Positions 37,458-49,764 of a DNA stretch of 64,000 nt are shown here, piece by piece; position 1 is the stretch's first letter; each line of letters begins with the position of its first letter. Under the pieces are notes generated by a model. It saw nothing but the letters and a program-made list of their open reading frames with translations, was not told the DNA's origin and ran no database searches. The DNA comes from an uncultured Chloroflexia bacterium (GTDB taxonomy: Bacteria; Chloroflexota; Limnocylindria; Limnocylindrales; CSP1-4). A program made the position numbers and the translations under genes. The stretch is taken from NCBI GenBank assembly GCA_963833225.1, contig CAWHXD010000006.1:160001-224000 (forward strand). The letters run 5' to 3'.

Positions 37458-38158
37458 ATGTCAAGCCCGATCGCCGTCGCACCGTGTCCCGTCGCCGGCC
37501 CCGGGCGACGCTGTCGCGGGAGGCGATCGTGGACGCGGCGGTGGCCATCCTCGACGAGACAGGGCTCGACGGCCTCACGATGCGCGCGGTGGCGGATCGC
37601 CTCGATGCGGGTGCCATGTCCCTGTACCGACATGTCGCGAGCCGAGACGAGCTGCTCGATCTCGTGGTCGCGCGGCTGACCGCCGGCGTGACCACCACGT
37701 GCGCACCGGCGACTGGCGGGCCGACCTGGCCGCGCTGGCCCATGACACGAGGGCTGCCCTGATGCGTCGCCCAACCTGACGGTCCTGCTCACGTCCCGGG
37801 CGGCATCGGCCGGAGCGGCATGGTCGCGCTCGACCACGCCCTGGGGATCCTCCGCGATGCCGGGTTCCCGCCACGCGACGCCGTGCTCGCAAACCACGCC
37901 CTCGGCAACTACGTCGCCGGTGCGGCCTGTGGGAGGCCGTGGGGCTGGCCGGCGCGAGCGGCGAGGACCGGCGACGCCGGGCCGACGACGCGGCTCGGGC
38001 CTGGGCGCCTTCCGCCCGATGTCGCACCCAACGTGACCTGGGCCGCCGGCGGCTGTTTGCGCACGCTCGATGACCGGTTCGAGTTCGGCCTCGAGGTGGT
38101 GCTCGACGGGCTCGAGGCCCGGCTGACAGCCGTCGATCCCGACGAGACGCCGTCCTGA
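37458..38158 (+). CDS. TetR-family regulator with TetR_C domain (frameshifted, probably sequencing errors)
   Basis: LSREAIVDAAVAILDETGLDGLTMRAVADRLDAGAMSLYRHV; later frames give GDWRADL and DDRFEFGLEVVLDGLE. Confidence 0.8.
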
Positions 38159-38251
38159 GGTCAGCCGGGTCGATCGACCCCGGCGCCGCGTCAGCCAGGG
38201 CCTGACCGCTCCTGCTCGCGCGGCGTCAGCCAGCCGTCGTCCGCGGTGTCC

Positions 38252-38856
38252 TCAGCCGGCGCCGATCGGCTCCGCGGCCGTGGGCTCCGTCCTGAGCTCG
38301 AACGGCCGGTCCAGCGGGGCGTCCTCGTGGAGGGCTGTGCCGTTCATCGTCGGCTGGTGGGTCGAGAAGGTCCCGGCGACACGGCCCGCGATATGGAACC
38401 GCACATAGCGCCAGCCCATCCGGTCGAACGGGGCGGCGACCGGGGCCGGGAACATGCCCGTCTCGGTCACGGTGATCAGCTCCGGCCGGTCAAGGTCAAG
38501 CAGCTCGTCGTGGAGCTGGAGCCGCGCGTGACCGGCATGGAGCACGTTCTGCGCCCATTGCGATCCGACACCGAGCGGCGTCGGCACGAGGATGGCGTCG
38601 CCGACGACGGTCGGATGGACCGGCGTGAAATGCGCCGCGCCACTCGTGCGGCCCGTGTGCTCGAGCGTGCCGATCTCCGCGTGCTCGCTGCCCGGGTAGC
38701 CGCGGGCCAGGAGCCACGGATTGACCCGCTCGTTCATCGCCTCCGGAGACCGGGGAACTGCTCCGGCGCCGGCTTCCCCAGCTCGATCACCACCCGGTCC
38801 ATCACGACGCCGACCGCGACGCCCGTCGCGAGCAGCGCCATCGCCCTGCGCACCAT
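38252..38856 (-). CDS. DUF385/deazaflavin-dependent nitroreductase-like protein (frame break near 38735)
   Basis: VNPWLL, LEHTGRTSGAAHFTPV, SQWAQNV; GGAGG RBS before ATG 38856. Confidence 0.6.
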
Positions 38857-38994
38857 CGGTCTGCCTCCTGCTGTTGCGTCCGCTGAGCCTGTGGGACGCG
38901 GCCGTCGGCGGCCAGTGCCGATGCGCCACACGCGGGGATCGGGAGGAAGCGTGACGGCGAGTCACGGTATCCGCCTCGAAGCGACCTGAGGCGG

Positions 38995-40249
38995 TGGAGT
39001 TGCTTCGGTTTCGTGGACGATCATTTCATGCCACTGATTGCTGGATCGACCACCTCCTCTCGAACTCGACGGTGAGATGTTGCCGATGGCCGAGTGGCGG
39101 CGGGTGCGGTTGTAGAAGACCTCGATCCAGTCGAAGACGGCTGCCCTCGCCTCGGCCCGGGTCACCCAGTGGCTGCGGTCGATGAGCTCGGTCTCGAGGC
39201 TGGCGAAGAGCTCTCGGCATGGCGTTGTCGTAGCAGGTGCCGGGGGCCCCGGTGGAGGCCGCGATCCCCGATCGGCGAGTCGGTCGCGGAACGCCTCGCT
39301 CGTGTACTGGGAGCCGCGATCGGAGTGGAAGATCACCCCCACCGGCCGCGGAACCCGAGGGCAGCGTCGAGGGCCGACGTGACGAGGTCGGTCCGCTGCC
39401 GCTCGGCCAACGACCAGCCCACGACCCGCCGGGAACAGGCATCGAGGACGGTTGCGAGGTAGAGCTTGCCCTCGTCGGTCGGGAGCTCGGTGATGTCGCC
39501 GACCCACAGCCGGCCGGGGCGGTCAGCGAGGGCGGTGAAGCGGCGCCGGACGAGGTCGGGCGCGGGGCTCGCGGCCGGGTCCTGCCGTGTGGTGGCGCGG
39601 TACCGGCGGCGGGTGACCCCCGGATCCCGGCCAGGCGCATCAGGCGGGCCACCCGGCGGAGACCCACCGGGATGCCGCCGCCCCGGATCTCGGCCCGGAT
39701 CCGGGGCGCGCCGTACGTGCCGCGGCTCGCGGCGTGGGCCAGCGCGATCCGGGCGACGAGCCGGGCATCGGCCTCCCGGCGCGGGGAGGGTGCCCTGCCG
39801 GGCCAGGCCCAGAAGCCGGTCGGGGAGACGCCGAGCAGGCGGCACATGCGCCAGACGGATGGCTGGCCTTCTCACGCTCGATGAACTGATACGCGCTCAG
39901 GCGCGCCGGCTCGTCTCCCGGGCGAGGGAAGCCGAGGCCGTACCTGGATCTCCCGCTCCTCCTCGAGGACGCGCACCCTCCGGCGGAGGGCGACGACTTC
40001 CGTGTGCTCGTCGAGCGCCCTCCGCTCCCGCGGGCTGGCCTGGGCCTAGTCTGCTCGACCCAGCGCCGGATCGTCTCGTGGCTCACGCCCAGGTCGGCAC
40101 CGACGGAGCGCAGCGTGGCGCCGGGCTGCCGGGCGAGGCGGACGGCCTCCTCCCGGAACTCCCGGGAGAAGCGGGTTGTTCTGGCCATGGGGACACCTCC
40201 AGGGGACCTCGTCACACAATCGGGTGTCCACGAAACCGGGTCAAGTCTA
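38995..40249 (-). mobile_element. IS3-family insertion sequence (orfA/orfB, frameshifted)
   Basis: Inverted ends TGGAGTTGCTTCGGTTTCGTGGAC and GTCCACGAAACCGGGTCAAGTCTA. OrfA MARTTRFSREFREEAVRL; OrfB fragments YGAPRI, LWVGDIT, FHSDRGSQY, FYNRTRRHS; about 1.25 kb. Confidence 0.9.
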
Positions 40250-40579
40250 CATCGGCCCGGACCGCGGGCGGCTCCAGGAGCACCGTCCACCACATTGGGG
40301 TGAGGCCGTCCCCACGGGGGGTGGACGGAGAGCGATCCGTCGTGATCCTCGAGGACCCCAGGGCGACATACCTCCGGCGGTCGTTGGCGGGGTTGTAGAT
40401 GGGGCGGGCCGATGTTGCCGTGCCAGCAGATGCCGGGACCCTTCGATGTCGCCGACGGACGACAGAGCCCGGCTTTGTCGACGTCCCGGCTGATGACCAC
40501 AGGTACATCGAAGCGTCTTCGAGCGGGACTCCCGCACATGTAGGGGAGTGCGGGGCTGGCCTCGACGGTCGGCCGGAGC

Positions 40580-41230
<651 letters not shown>

Positions 41231-42512
41231 TGACGTCAAGACTCTTGTGTAAAAGCAACGAGCGGGCGCGCTGCCAGGAGCTCGTTGAGGCGGAGCACCC
41301 CGCCATACAGGATCCGGTCTGCTGACCGGCGGTCAGCGAGCGCGCCGATCGGCCGGAGCCGGCGGCGGAGCTCGCGGAAGGCGCGCTCGAGCAGGTTGGT
41401 GGTGCGCAGGCTGGCCCGGAGCGGCTCGGGCAGCGAGAACACGGCGAGCAGGCTGTCGAGGTCGCGCTCGAGCCCGCGGACGAGGCGGGGATGGCGCTCC
41501 CGCCAGGCCTTCGCCCAGCGCCAGTAGGCTGCCACCGCGGCCCGCCTCGTGCGGGCCCGGTAGATCGAGCGCAGGCTGCGCAGGCAGGCCCGCCGTTCGG
41601 CGAGCGGGAGCGCCTCGAGGATGTTCCGGAGCCGGTGGGTCCAGCAGCGCTGCAGCTCGGCTGCGGGGAACGCCTCGGTGACCGCGGCGGCGATCCCGCC
41701 GGCCCCGTCGGCGGCCACGAGGAGGACGCCCTCGGGGTCGAGCCCCCGCTCGACGAGCGAGCGCAGGAGGATCCCCCAAGCCGCCGCCGACTCCGCGCTG
41801 GCCTGGCGATAGTCGAGCAGCTCGCGCCGACCGGCCGCATCGATCCCGTAGACCGCGAGGATCACCCGCCTGGCGGCCCGGCCGCTCCGGTCGCGGACCG
41901 AGACCCACAGCCCGTCGCAGAGCAGGTAGCGGGCCGCGAACGGGATCGGCCGCCGGTGGAAGGCAGCGACCCGGGCGTCGAGCGCCCGGCCGAGCCGGCT
42001 GATCGCGCTCGCGCTGAGCGGGACGCCGGTGAGCCGCTCAGCGAGCCGGGCCGTCTCGCGGGTGGAGAGGCCCCGGCTGAACGCCTCGCGCAGCAGCCCG
42101 TCGACGAGGCTCGTCCGGCGGGCCGCCCGGGCCAGGAACGACGGGCGGTACGGGACGAGCCTCCGGCGCGGGACGTCGAGCTCGGTCGCCCCGAGCTCGG
42201 TCACGAGCAGGCGCCGGTAGATCCCGTTGCGGTGGTCGAGCCGCTCGCGCGTGCGTTCGTAGCGCCCCGCGAGGATCAGCGCCGTCAGCTCATCCTCCAT
42301 CGTCGCCTCGAGGATCGTCCGGACGGCGGCGAGGAGCTCGGGGCGCAGGTCGCCCCACAGCGCCTCCTCGTCCCTCACCTCCGCCCAGCGCTGGGCTGGT
42401 GTCCGGTCGGTCAGAGCGGGTACCGTTGCCATGGGCGTACTCCTTCTGTGCTGGAACACGTGAAGTTGTACGCCCGCTCGTTTCGGGCTTTCCCACAAGA
42501 GACGCTACGTCA
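41231..42512 (-). mobile_element. IS256-family insertion sequence
   Basis: Imperfect IRs TGACGTCAAGACTCTTGTGTAAAAGC and GCTTTCCCACAAGAGACGCTACGTCA enclose a single transposase. Confidence 0.88.
41236..42432 (-). CDS. IS256-family (mutator-type) transposase
   Basis: RNGIYRR, GLSTR, YLLCDG, ADGAGG, QRCWTH, TTNLLERAFRELRRR; AAGGAG RBS. Confidence 0.9.
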   Translation of the reverse strand: MATVPALTDRTPAQRWAEVRDEEALWGDLRPELLAAVRTILEATMEDELTALILAGRYERTRERLDHRNGIYRRLLVTELGATELDVPRRRLVPYRPSFLARAARRTSLVDGLLREAFSRGLSTRETARLAERLTGVPLSASAISRLGRALDARVAAFHRRPIPFAARYLLCDGLWVSVRDRSGRAARRVILAVYGIDAAGRRELLDYRQASAESAAAWGILLRSLVERGLDPEGVLLVAADGAGGIAAAVTEAFPAAELQRCWTHRLRNILEALPLAERRACLRSLRSIYRARTRRAAVAAYWRWAKAWRERHPRLVRGLERDLDSLLAVFSLPEPLRASLRTTNLLERAFRELRRRLRPIGALADRRSADRILYGGVLRLNELLAARPLVAFTQES

Positions 42513-42522
42513 CTGGCGGTCG

Positions 42523-42551
42523 TTGACGCTCCAGCGCGCCCGCTCTACACT
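42523..42551 (+). promoter_or_regulatory. Sigma70-type promoter of the rrf2-suf operon
   Basis: TTGACG-N17-TACACT. Confidence 0.75.
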
Positions 42552-42552
42552 C

Positions 42553-42577
42553 AATCCCTAGGAAACAGGTCGGAATT
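42553..42577. promoter_or_regulatory. IscR/Rrf2-type operator
   Basis: AATCCCTAGGAAACAGGTCGGAATT, an imperfect 25-bp inverted repeat over the predicted +1, upstream of an Rrf2 gene. Confidence 0.55.
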
Positions 42578-42692
42578 CCCCGGCGGCCTCTGAGGCCGAT
42601 CGGCGACCCCTCGGGGAACTCCAGACCGCCCTTGATCGCCCCGGAGGGCCGTCCCCTGACGAAATCGCGCGAGCTTCCACGGATCCGGCGCC

Positions 42693-43208
42693 GTGTCCTT
42701 CTCCACGAAGGGCGAGTACGGCGTGCGGCTCATGGTTCAGCTCGGGCGGCGGTATGGGGAGGGACCGGCGAGCCTGGCGGAGATCGCCGCGGACGAGGAC
42801 CTGCCGCGCGCGTACCTGGAGCAGCTCGTGACGAGCCTCCGGGATGCGGGTCTGGTCGTCTCCACCCGTGGCGCTCGCGGTGGCTATGAGCTCACGGCAC
42901 CGCCCGCCGAGATCCGGATGAGCGAGGTTCTCCGGGCCCTGGAGGGCCCGATCGCGCCGATGATCTGCGCCTCGGACGAGCCCGACCACGCCTCGTGCGA
43001 ACGCTCGACGCTGTGCACGGTCAACGTGCTCTGGGTCCGGGTCCGCGACGCGATCACCGGCACCCTCGACGGCATGACCCTCGCGGACCTCGTCCCGGTC
43101 CGCCACATCACCCTCCATCCCCGCGTGCCGGCCACGTCCCAGGCCGGCACTGCGATGGGGGATCTCGACCCCGAAACCCCTGCAGCGCTCACAGGAGCCA
43201 CCTCGTGA
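42693..43208 (+). CDS. Rrf2-family Fe-S regulator (IscR-like)
   Basis: [24 protein letters not shown], three Cys (MIC...ASC...LC). Confidence 0.88.
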   Translation: MSFSTKGEYGVRLMVQLGRRYGEGPASLAEIAADEDLPRAYLEQLVTSLRDAGLVVSTRGARGGYELTAPPAEIRMSEVLRALEGPIAPMICASDEPDHASCERSTLCTVNVLWVRVRDAITGTLDGMTLADLVPVRHITLHPRVPATSQAGTAMGDLDPETPAALTGATS

Positions 43209-44057
43209 CCGACGCCAACGACCGGGAGCTCATCATCCGCGACCTGCGTGTCGCACCGGCCGCCAAGCCGGAGCTCGAGATCCTCAAGGGGATCAACCTG
43301 ACGATCCGCAAGGGCGAGACCCACGCGATCATGGGCCCCAACGGGTCCGGCAAGACGACCCTCTCCTACGCCCTGATGGGCCACCCGGCGTACGTGGTGA
43401 AGAGTGGCTCAGGTCAACTGGAAGGGCTACGACCTGCTCAAGCTGTCGGCCGACAAGCGGGCGCGCCTGGGCCTGTTCCTCGCCTTCCAGTACCCGACCG
43501 CCATCCCGGGCCTCTCGGTCGCCTCGTTCGTCCGCAGCGCGCTCAACGCGAAGCTCCAGGGCATCGACAAGAACCCGGACATCGACCCGACCGACGCGAT
43601 CAAGGGCGGCGTCTCGATGATCGACTTCCGCAAGCGGATGCGCGCCAAGATGGCGCTGCTGAGCATGGACGATGGGTTCGCCGCCCGGTACGTCAACGAC
43701 GGGTTCTCGGGCGGCGAGAAGAAGCGGCTCGAGATGCTCCAGATGGCGATGCTGGAGCCGGAGTTCGCGATCCTCGACGAGACGGACTCGGGGCTTGACA
43801 TCGACGCTCTGCGCATCGTCGCCGAGGGTGTCAACGCCCAGCTCAACCCCGAGATGGGCGTGCTGCTGATCACCCACTACCAGCGGCTGCTCAACTACAT
43901 CACGCCGGACGTCGTGCATGTCCTCGCCGAGGGCCGATCGTGACCTCGGGCGGCAAGGACCTCGCGCTGCGCCTGGAGGACGAGGGGTACGGCCCGATCC
44001 TCCGCGAGAACGGCATGGACATCAACGTCCCGGACGAGGCCCTACCCTCCCCCGTGA
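43205..44057 (+). CDS. sufC: Fe-S assembly ATPase SufC (two apparent frameshifts; end approximate)
   Basis: [53 protein letters not shown]. Confidence 0.88.
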
Positions 44058-44117
44058 GCCCGAGGGCGGCGCCGGCCGGAGACGCCGGTAGCCACTGCCA
44101 GCGAGAGCGAGCACCCC

Positions 44118-45372
44118 ATGACCACCGAGACGCGCCCGGCCCCGACCCCGCTCGACCCGGCCGCGCTGCGGGCCGACTTCCCGATCCTTGACCAGGAGGT
44201 CAACGGGCACCGGCTGGTCTACCTCGATCGGCCGCCACGTCGCAGAAGCCGACGCCCGTCCTGGAGGCGATGGATGGCTACTACCGGCACGACAACGCGA
44301 ACGTGCACCGCGGGATCTACGCGCTGTCCGAGCGCGCGACGGCGGCCTACGAGGGCGCCCGCGAGAAGGTCGCCCGCCTGATCGGCGTGGCCGACCCGCG
44401 GACGATCGTGTGGACGCGCAACGCCACCGAATCCATCAACCTCGTGGCCTACGCGTGGGGCCGGCGGAACATCGGTCGCGGCGACGTGATCGTGCTGACC
44501 GAGATGGAGCACCACGCGAACCTCGTCCCGTGGCAGGTCCTGGCCCAGGAGAAGGACGCCGACCTGGAGTTCATCCCGATCACCGATGACGGGATCCTGC
44601 GCCAGGACGTGTTCGAGGTCCTGCTCCGCCTGAAGCCCAAGATGGTCGCGTTCACCCACGTCTCGAACACGCTGGGCACGATCAACCCCGTCGCGGAGAT
44701 GACCCGCAAGGCCCACGAGGCCGGGGCGCTCGTGCTGATCGACGGCGCCCAGGCCGTGCCGCACCTCCCGGTGGACGTGGCCGCCATCGGCTGCGACTTC
44801 TACGTGTTCTCAGGCCACAAGGCGCTGGGTCCCACCGGCTCGGGCGTCGCTCTGGGGCCGCCGCGAGCTGCTGGAGGCGATGCCGCCGTTCATGGGTGGC
44901 GGCGACATGATCCGCGAGGTCCACCTCCGGCGCTCCGAGTGGAACGACATCCCGTGGAAGTTCGAGGCCGGGACCCCGGACATCTCGGCGCAGATCGGTC
45001 TGGGTGCGGCAGCGGACTACCTGCTCGCGCTGGGCATGGACCGGTTCGCGATCACGAGGCCGACCTGGTCGCCTACGCGCTGGACGTCCTCGCCCGCGAG
45101 GTCCCGGGCATCGAGATCTACGGCCCGGCCGCGGAGCTGCGCGGCGGGGTGGTCTCGTTCAACCTGCCCGGGATCCATCCCCACGACGTGGCCCAGGTGC
45201 TGGAGGCTCCGGCGTGGCGATCCGCGCCGGTCATCACTGCACGATGCCGCTCCACGAGCGCCTGGACCTCTCTGCCACCGCCCGCGCCTCGTTCCAGTGC
45301 TACACGACGCACGAGGACATCGACGCCCTGGCGGTCGGCCTGCAGGAGGTCCAGCGCCTCTTCGGGGGGTGA
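44118..45372 (+). CDS. sufS: Cysteine desulfurase SufS (several apparent frameshifts)
   Basis: RADFPIL, ANVHRG, EHHANLVPW, DGAQ, FSGHK, FEAGTP, HPHD, RAGHHC across frames. Confidence 0.88.
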
Positions 45373-45387
45373 CCGCGCGCCTGACAT

Positions 45388-46778
45388 TCAGTCCAGCCTG
45401 AACACCCTGGCGCGCGAGCTCGGCCCGCACCTTCCCGACGTCAAGGCCGTCGAACGGCCGGCCCTCGCGGATCGAGACGGCCGCGGCCACCCCGGCGCCC
45501 TGGCCGCTGACCGTGCAGCACATCATCGAGCGCACCGCGGCATGGCTGATCTTGTCGCCCCCGATCGACCGCCCGGCGACCAGGAGGTTCCGCACGCCTT
45601 TCGGGCACGAGCGAGCGGTACGGCACGTGGAAATAGCGGCCGGTCGTCGGCAGGATCAGCACGCCGTAGCCGTCGATGAACTCCGGGAAGATCCCGATCG
45701 AGTCCTCGAAGCGCGCCTCGCCCCGCACGTCGTCGGCGGTCAGGTTGTAGAGCGCGTCGATCTTGCGCGTGTCGCGCAGGCCGACGGTCATCCCGAAGTT
45801 GCGCAGCCTCGCGTCCTCGCAGCCGGGCATGAACTCCGCAGCGCCTCGATCGCGTGCATCGCCTGCCTGCGGCCCTCGATCTCGGCCCGGGTGAGGTCGT
45901 CGGCGTCGGTCCCGTCGATCCCGCCCATGTGGATCAGGTTGAGGTACGTCAGGTCGCCGTTGTCGTGGACCGTGCCGTAGGTGCCGGCCATCGTGATCAG
46001 GCCCGGCGGGATGACGCCCGCCTCGACCGCCTGCTTGAACGGCTTGCGCAGGAAGGGCGAGAACAGCTCGTCCTCCTTGCCCGTGGTCTCGATGTCCCAC
46101 TCGAAGTTGCCGGCCCAGTCTCGATACCGGGCGGGTCGGCCTTGATCGCGTCGATGAACCGGCGCTTGTTGACGCCCGTCATCGAGAACATCACCGACGC
46201 CGAGAGCATCTCCTCCCTGGGCGTCTTGCGGACCGGCGCCCCGGCACCAGGCGGCCACGTCGGCGTCGCCGGTCGCGTCGATCACCCGCCGCGCCAGGAT
46301 CGCCTCGCGGCCGGACTTGCTCTCGGTGATCACGCCGCGCAGCACGCCGTCTTCGAGGATGGGCGCCACGAACGTCCGGTGGAGCATCGGCGTGATGCCG
46401 GCTTCCTCGACCAGCGCGTCCGCGACCACCTTGAAGCGCTCGGCGTCGAACGCCTGGCTGATCGACTGCGACTCGTCGGACGAGGCGCCCGCAGCCCGCG
46501 CCCGCGCCTCGATCTCGGTGCCGATGCCCACGCTGTCGACCGTCTGCTCGTGGCGGTACCAGGCGAAGCTCTCGACGCCGACCGCGGTGATGTTGCCGCC
46601 GAAGCAGCCGAAGCGCTCGAGGAGCGTGGTCTGGACCCCGGCCCGTGCCGCTCCCAGCGCGGCACCCAGGCCGCCGGGGCCGCTGCCGACGACGAGGACG
46701 TCCGTCTCGTGGATCACGTCGATCTCCCGGGCGGGCTCCGTGACCCGGCCGGGGGACGGAGGCGCGCGGCGTGGTCAT
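45388..46778 (-). CDS. FAD-dependent oxidoreductase (FAD_oxidored family; frameshifted)
   Basis: DVLVVGSGPGG...ERFGCFGG, IDATGDADVA, VPYRSLVP, NLLVAGR, GQGAGVAAA across frames. Confidence 0.8.
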
Positions 46779-46821
46779 GGAGAACTCGATTCGGGCAGGG
46801 GGCGAGCGCCGCGGGTGGCCG

Positions 46822-47896
46822 TCAGTCGGAGGTGGCGAACACCGGGGGCGGGCACGACGCCGACTGACGGCGGCCCCGCCGGGGTGCAGGCCGACCGAGT
46901 CCGCGGCCGCCATCTGCGCCACGACGATCGTTCCGTCCCTCAGGGCCACCTGCGCCCGGCACAGCGGAGCCGAGGAAGCTGACGGCGAGCACGCGCGCCG
47001 TGCCATCCGCGGCCGGTGTCAGGTGGACGGTTCTCGGGGCGGACCAGGGCGGTCACCGGGCCGCGGTCCGCGGACCCCGGCAGCAGCTCGATGCGCGTGC
47101 CGAGCACCTCGACCGGCGCCCGTCGGCGGTGCCCTCGATGCGGTTGGTCAGGCCCACGAACTCGGCGACGAACCTGGTCCTGCGGGCGGTCGTACAGCTC
47201 GGCCGGGGCGGCGATCTGCTCGAGACGGCCGGCGGACATGACGCCCACCCGGTCGCCCATCGCGAGCGCCTCCTCCTGGTCGTGGGTGACGAACAGGGTG
47301 GTGATGCCGACCATGATCTGGATGCGCCGGATCTCCTCGCGGAGTTGGCGGCGGACCTTGGCGTCGAGCGCCGACAGGGGCTCGTCGAGGAGCAGCACGC
47401 TGGGCTCGATGGCGAGCGCCCGCGCCAGTGCCACGCGCTGCTGCTGGCCGCCCGACATCTGGTGCGGGTAGCGATCCGCCTGCGCTGCGAGCCCGACCAA
47501 GTCGAGCGTTTCCTCGGCCTTCTTGCGGCGTGCTGTGCCGTCCACGCCGCGAAGGCGCAGGCCATAGGCCACGTTGTCGCGGGCGGTCATGTTGGGGAAC
47601 AGGCTGTAGGCCTGGAACACGATCCCCATGTTCCGCTTGTTGGCGGGCACGCCGGTGATGTCCTCGCCGTCCACCAGGATTCGGCCGTGGTCCACTTCGT
47701 CCAGGCCGCCGAGGGCGCGGAGCGCGGTGGTCTTGCCGCAGCCGGACGGGCCGAGCAGGGCGATCAGCTCGCCGGGGGCGATGTCGATGGACAGGCCCTG
47801 GAGTGCGTGCACGGGGCCGTACCAGCGGTGCAGCTCCTCGAACACGACGGCGACGCCGTGACCGGCCTCGGAGGTGCTGGGGCTCGGGGTGGTCAT
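46822..47896 (-). CDS. ABC transporter ATP-binding protein (PotA/FbpC-like; 3' frameshifts)
   Basis: GPSGCGKTT, FQAYSLFP, MSGGQQQRVALARA, LLDEP. Confidence 0.88.
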
Positions 47897-48807
47897 GCGT
47901 TGGGCTCCTCGACGGCTCGCTGGGCGCGCGAACCGGCGCCGGGGGCGAAGCGAGAGATGACGAACAGGAGGGCGAAGGCGAACACCAGGGCGGCCAGCGA
48001 CACGGCGACCGAGATGAACGGATCGCGCTTGCCGAGCAGGTAGATCACCACCTGGATGGTGTTGAACGCGAGCAGCGAGGAGATCGTGTACTCGCCCAGC
48101 ACCAGGGCGATGGCGAGGACCGAGGCCGACAGGATGCCGCCGCGGATGTTGGGGACGATCACCTGGAAGATCGTCCGAGGCCAGCCGGCGCCCAGGCTGC
48201 GGGCGGCGTCGGCCAGCGTGGCGGTGTCGATCGCCCGGAGCGCCGCGTCGATCGCCCGGTACGAATACGGAAGCACGAGGATGATGTCGATGAAGGCAAG
48301 CGTGAGCGCGGACGCGCCGACCCCGCCGAGGTTCTGGCCCATCCAGCGGTAGATGGGGGCGATGCCCACCACGATCACGATCGCAGGAATGGCGAGCGGG
48401 AGCAGGCACAGGAACTCGACCACTCTGCGCATGCGCGGCACGCGGACCACGGTCCAGACCATCGTGGGGACCAGCAGGATCAGCATCCCGAACACCGTGA
48501 GCGCCGCGATCTCGAGCGAGGTCGCGATGCTCGACACGAGGTCCTCGTTGCCGAGGATCGCCGCGAACGAGTCGAGCGTTCGGGCGTAGGTCGAGGTCGC
48601 CCGGTCGAAGTCGCCGCGGGTGGAGAACTCGAGCATCGCGAGCAGCGGCACGATCAGGTAGCCGAGCACGATGATCAGGACCACGATCCTCGTGACTCGC
48701 TGGCCCAAGGGAGCTCGGCGCCCCCTGCCGGCGCCTTTGGGGCGGCTGATCATGGCGCCGCCCTCAGGGGCCGCAGCGCCTAGAGAGGTCGGTGTGGACG
48801 CGGTCAT
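47893..48807 (-). CDS. ABC transporter permease (PotC-like)
   Basis: EAA-like loop LADAARSLGA; about 6 TM helices. Confidence 0.85.
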   Translation of the reverse strand: MTASTPTSLGAAAPEGGAMISRPKGAGRGRRAPLGQRVTRIVVLIIVLGYLIVPLLAMLEFSTRGDFDRATSTYARTLDSFAAILGNEDLVSSIATSLEIAALTVFGMLILLVPTMVWTVVRVPRMRRVVEFLCLLPLAIPAIVIVVGIAPIYRWMGQNLGGVGASALTLAFIDIILVLPYSYRAIDAALRAIDTATLADAARSLGAGWPRTIFQVIVPNIRGGILSASVLAIALVLGEYTISSLLAFNTIQVVIYLLGKRDPFISVAVSLAALVFAFALLFVISRFAPGAGSRAQRAVEEPNA

Positions 48808-49733
48808 TTCACCCACCTCGAGGCGCGCCGCTGGATCCAGGCGTAGACGAGCATCACGAACGAGACGACCACGATCATCGCCAGCGCCAGCGCCTTGCCG
48901 ACGTTCTCCTGGCCGAGCACGACCTCGCTCGTCATCTGGTTCGCGATCTGGAGGGTGATGATGGGGGCGCCCTGGCTGATCAGCGCAGCCGCGGTCGCGT
49001 ACGCCGAGAAGGCGTTGGTAAACAGCAGCAGCAGCGCGCCCAGGAAGCTCGGGGCGAGAATCGGGCCGCCCACGTGCCGCCAGAACGACCAGGAGCCGCC
49101 GCCCAGGCTGGCCGACGCGTCGTACCACTCCTGTCGCAGCCCGTCGAGCGAGGGCAGGAACACGATCAGCATGAGCGGGATCTGGAAGTAGGTGTAGACC
49201 ACCGCCAAACCGGTCAGGCTGTACAGCCACGACATGTCGAGCTGCATGCCGAGGTTGTTCTTGATGATGACGGTGACCAGGCCGTTGAAGCCGAAGGTCG
49301 CGAGGAACGCGAAGGCGAGCATGACGCCGCCGAACTGGGCAAGCACGCCCGAAGCGGCGATCACCATCTGGCGAAGGAGTCCGTTCGGATCGCCCCGGGC
49401 CACCGCCCACGAGAGCAGCCCGCCGAAGACGGCGCCCAGGATCGCGGTGATCACCGCAAGCTGGAGGGCCTTCACCATCGAATCGATGAATACGTCCGTG
49501 GTGAAGATCGCCTGGATGTTCTCAAGGGTGAACGATCCGTCGCTGGTCATCAACGCACCGACGGTGACGATGAGGGTCGGGAGCAGGAGGAACAGCCCGA
49601 CATAGGCGTGGAAGGGGATGAGGGCGAGGTAGTTCCCCGCCCCCTTGAAACGGCTGGTGTCGGCCCCACGCGGTGTGGGACCGACACCAGCGGACGAGGG
49701 GGACTCTGGCATGGAGGCCGCTGGTTCGGTCAT
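48804..49733 (-). CDS. ABC transporter permease (PotB-like)
   Basis: YFQIPLM, WYDASASLGG loop; about 6 TM helices. Confidence 0.85.
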   Translation of the reverse strand: MTEPAASMPESPSSAGVGPTPRGADTSRFKGAGNYLALIPFHAYVGLFLLLPTLIVTVGALMTSDGSFTLENIQAIFTTDVFIDSMVKALQLAVITAILGAVFGGLLSWAVARGDPNGLLRQMVIAASGVLAQFGGVMLAFAFLATFGFNGLVTVIIKNNLGMQLDMSWLYSLTGLAVVYTYFQIPLMLIVFLPSLDGLRQEWYDASASLGGGSWSFWRHVGGPILAPSFLGALLLLFTNAFSAYATAAALISQGAPIITLQIANQMTSEVVLGQENVGKALALAMIVVVSFVMLVYAWIQRRASRWVK

Positions 49734-49764
49734 GCGAGCCCCTCCTCTGTCAACGCTCAGTTGG

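Noticed and set aside
43205-47300. Pseudogenisation of sufC, sufS, the oxidoreductase and the ABC ATPase, or programmed frameshifting
   Set aside because: Indels cluster regionally across unrelated genes with intact motifs and no slippery sites seen; sequencing error is more parsimonious.
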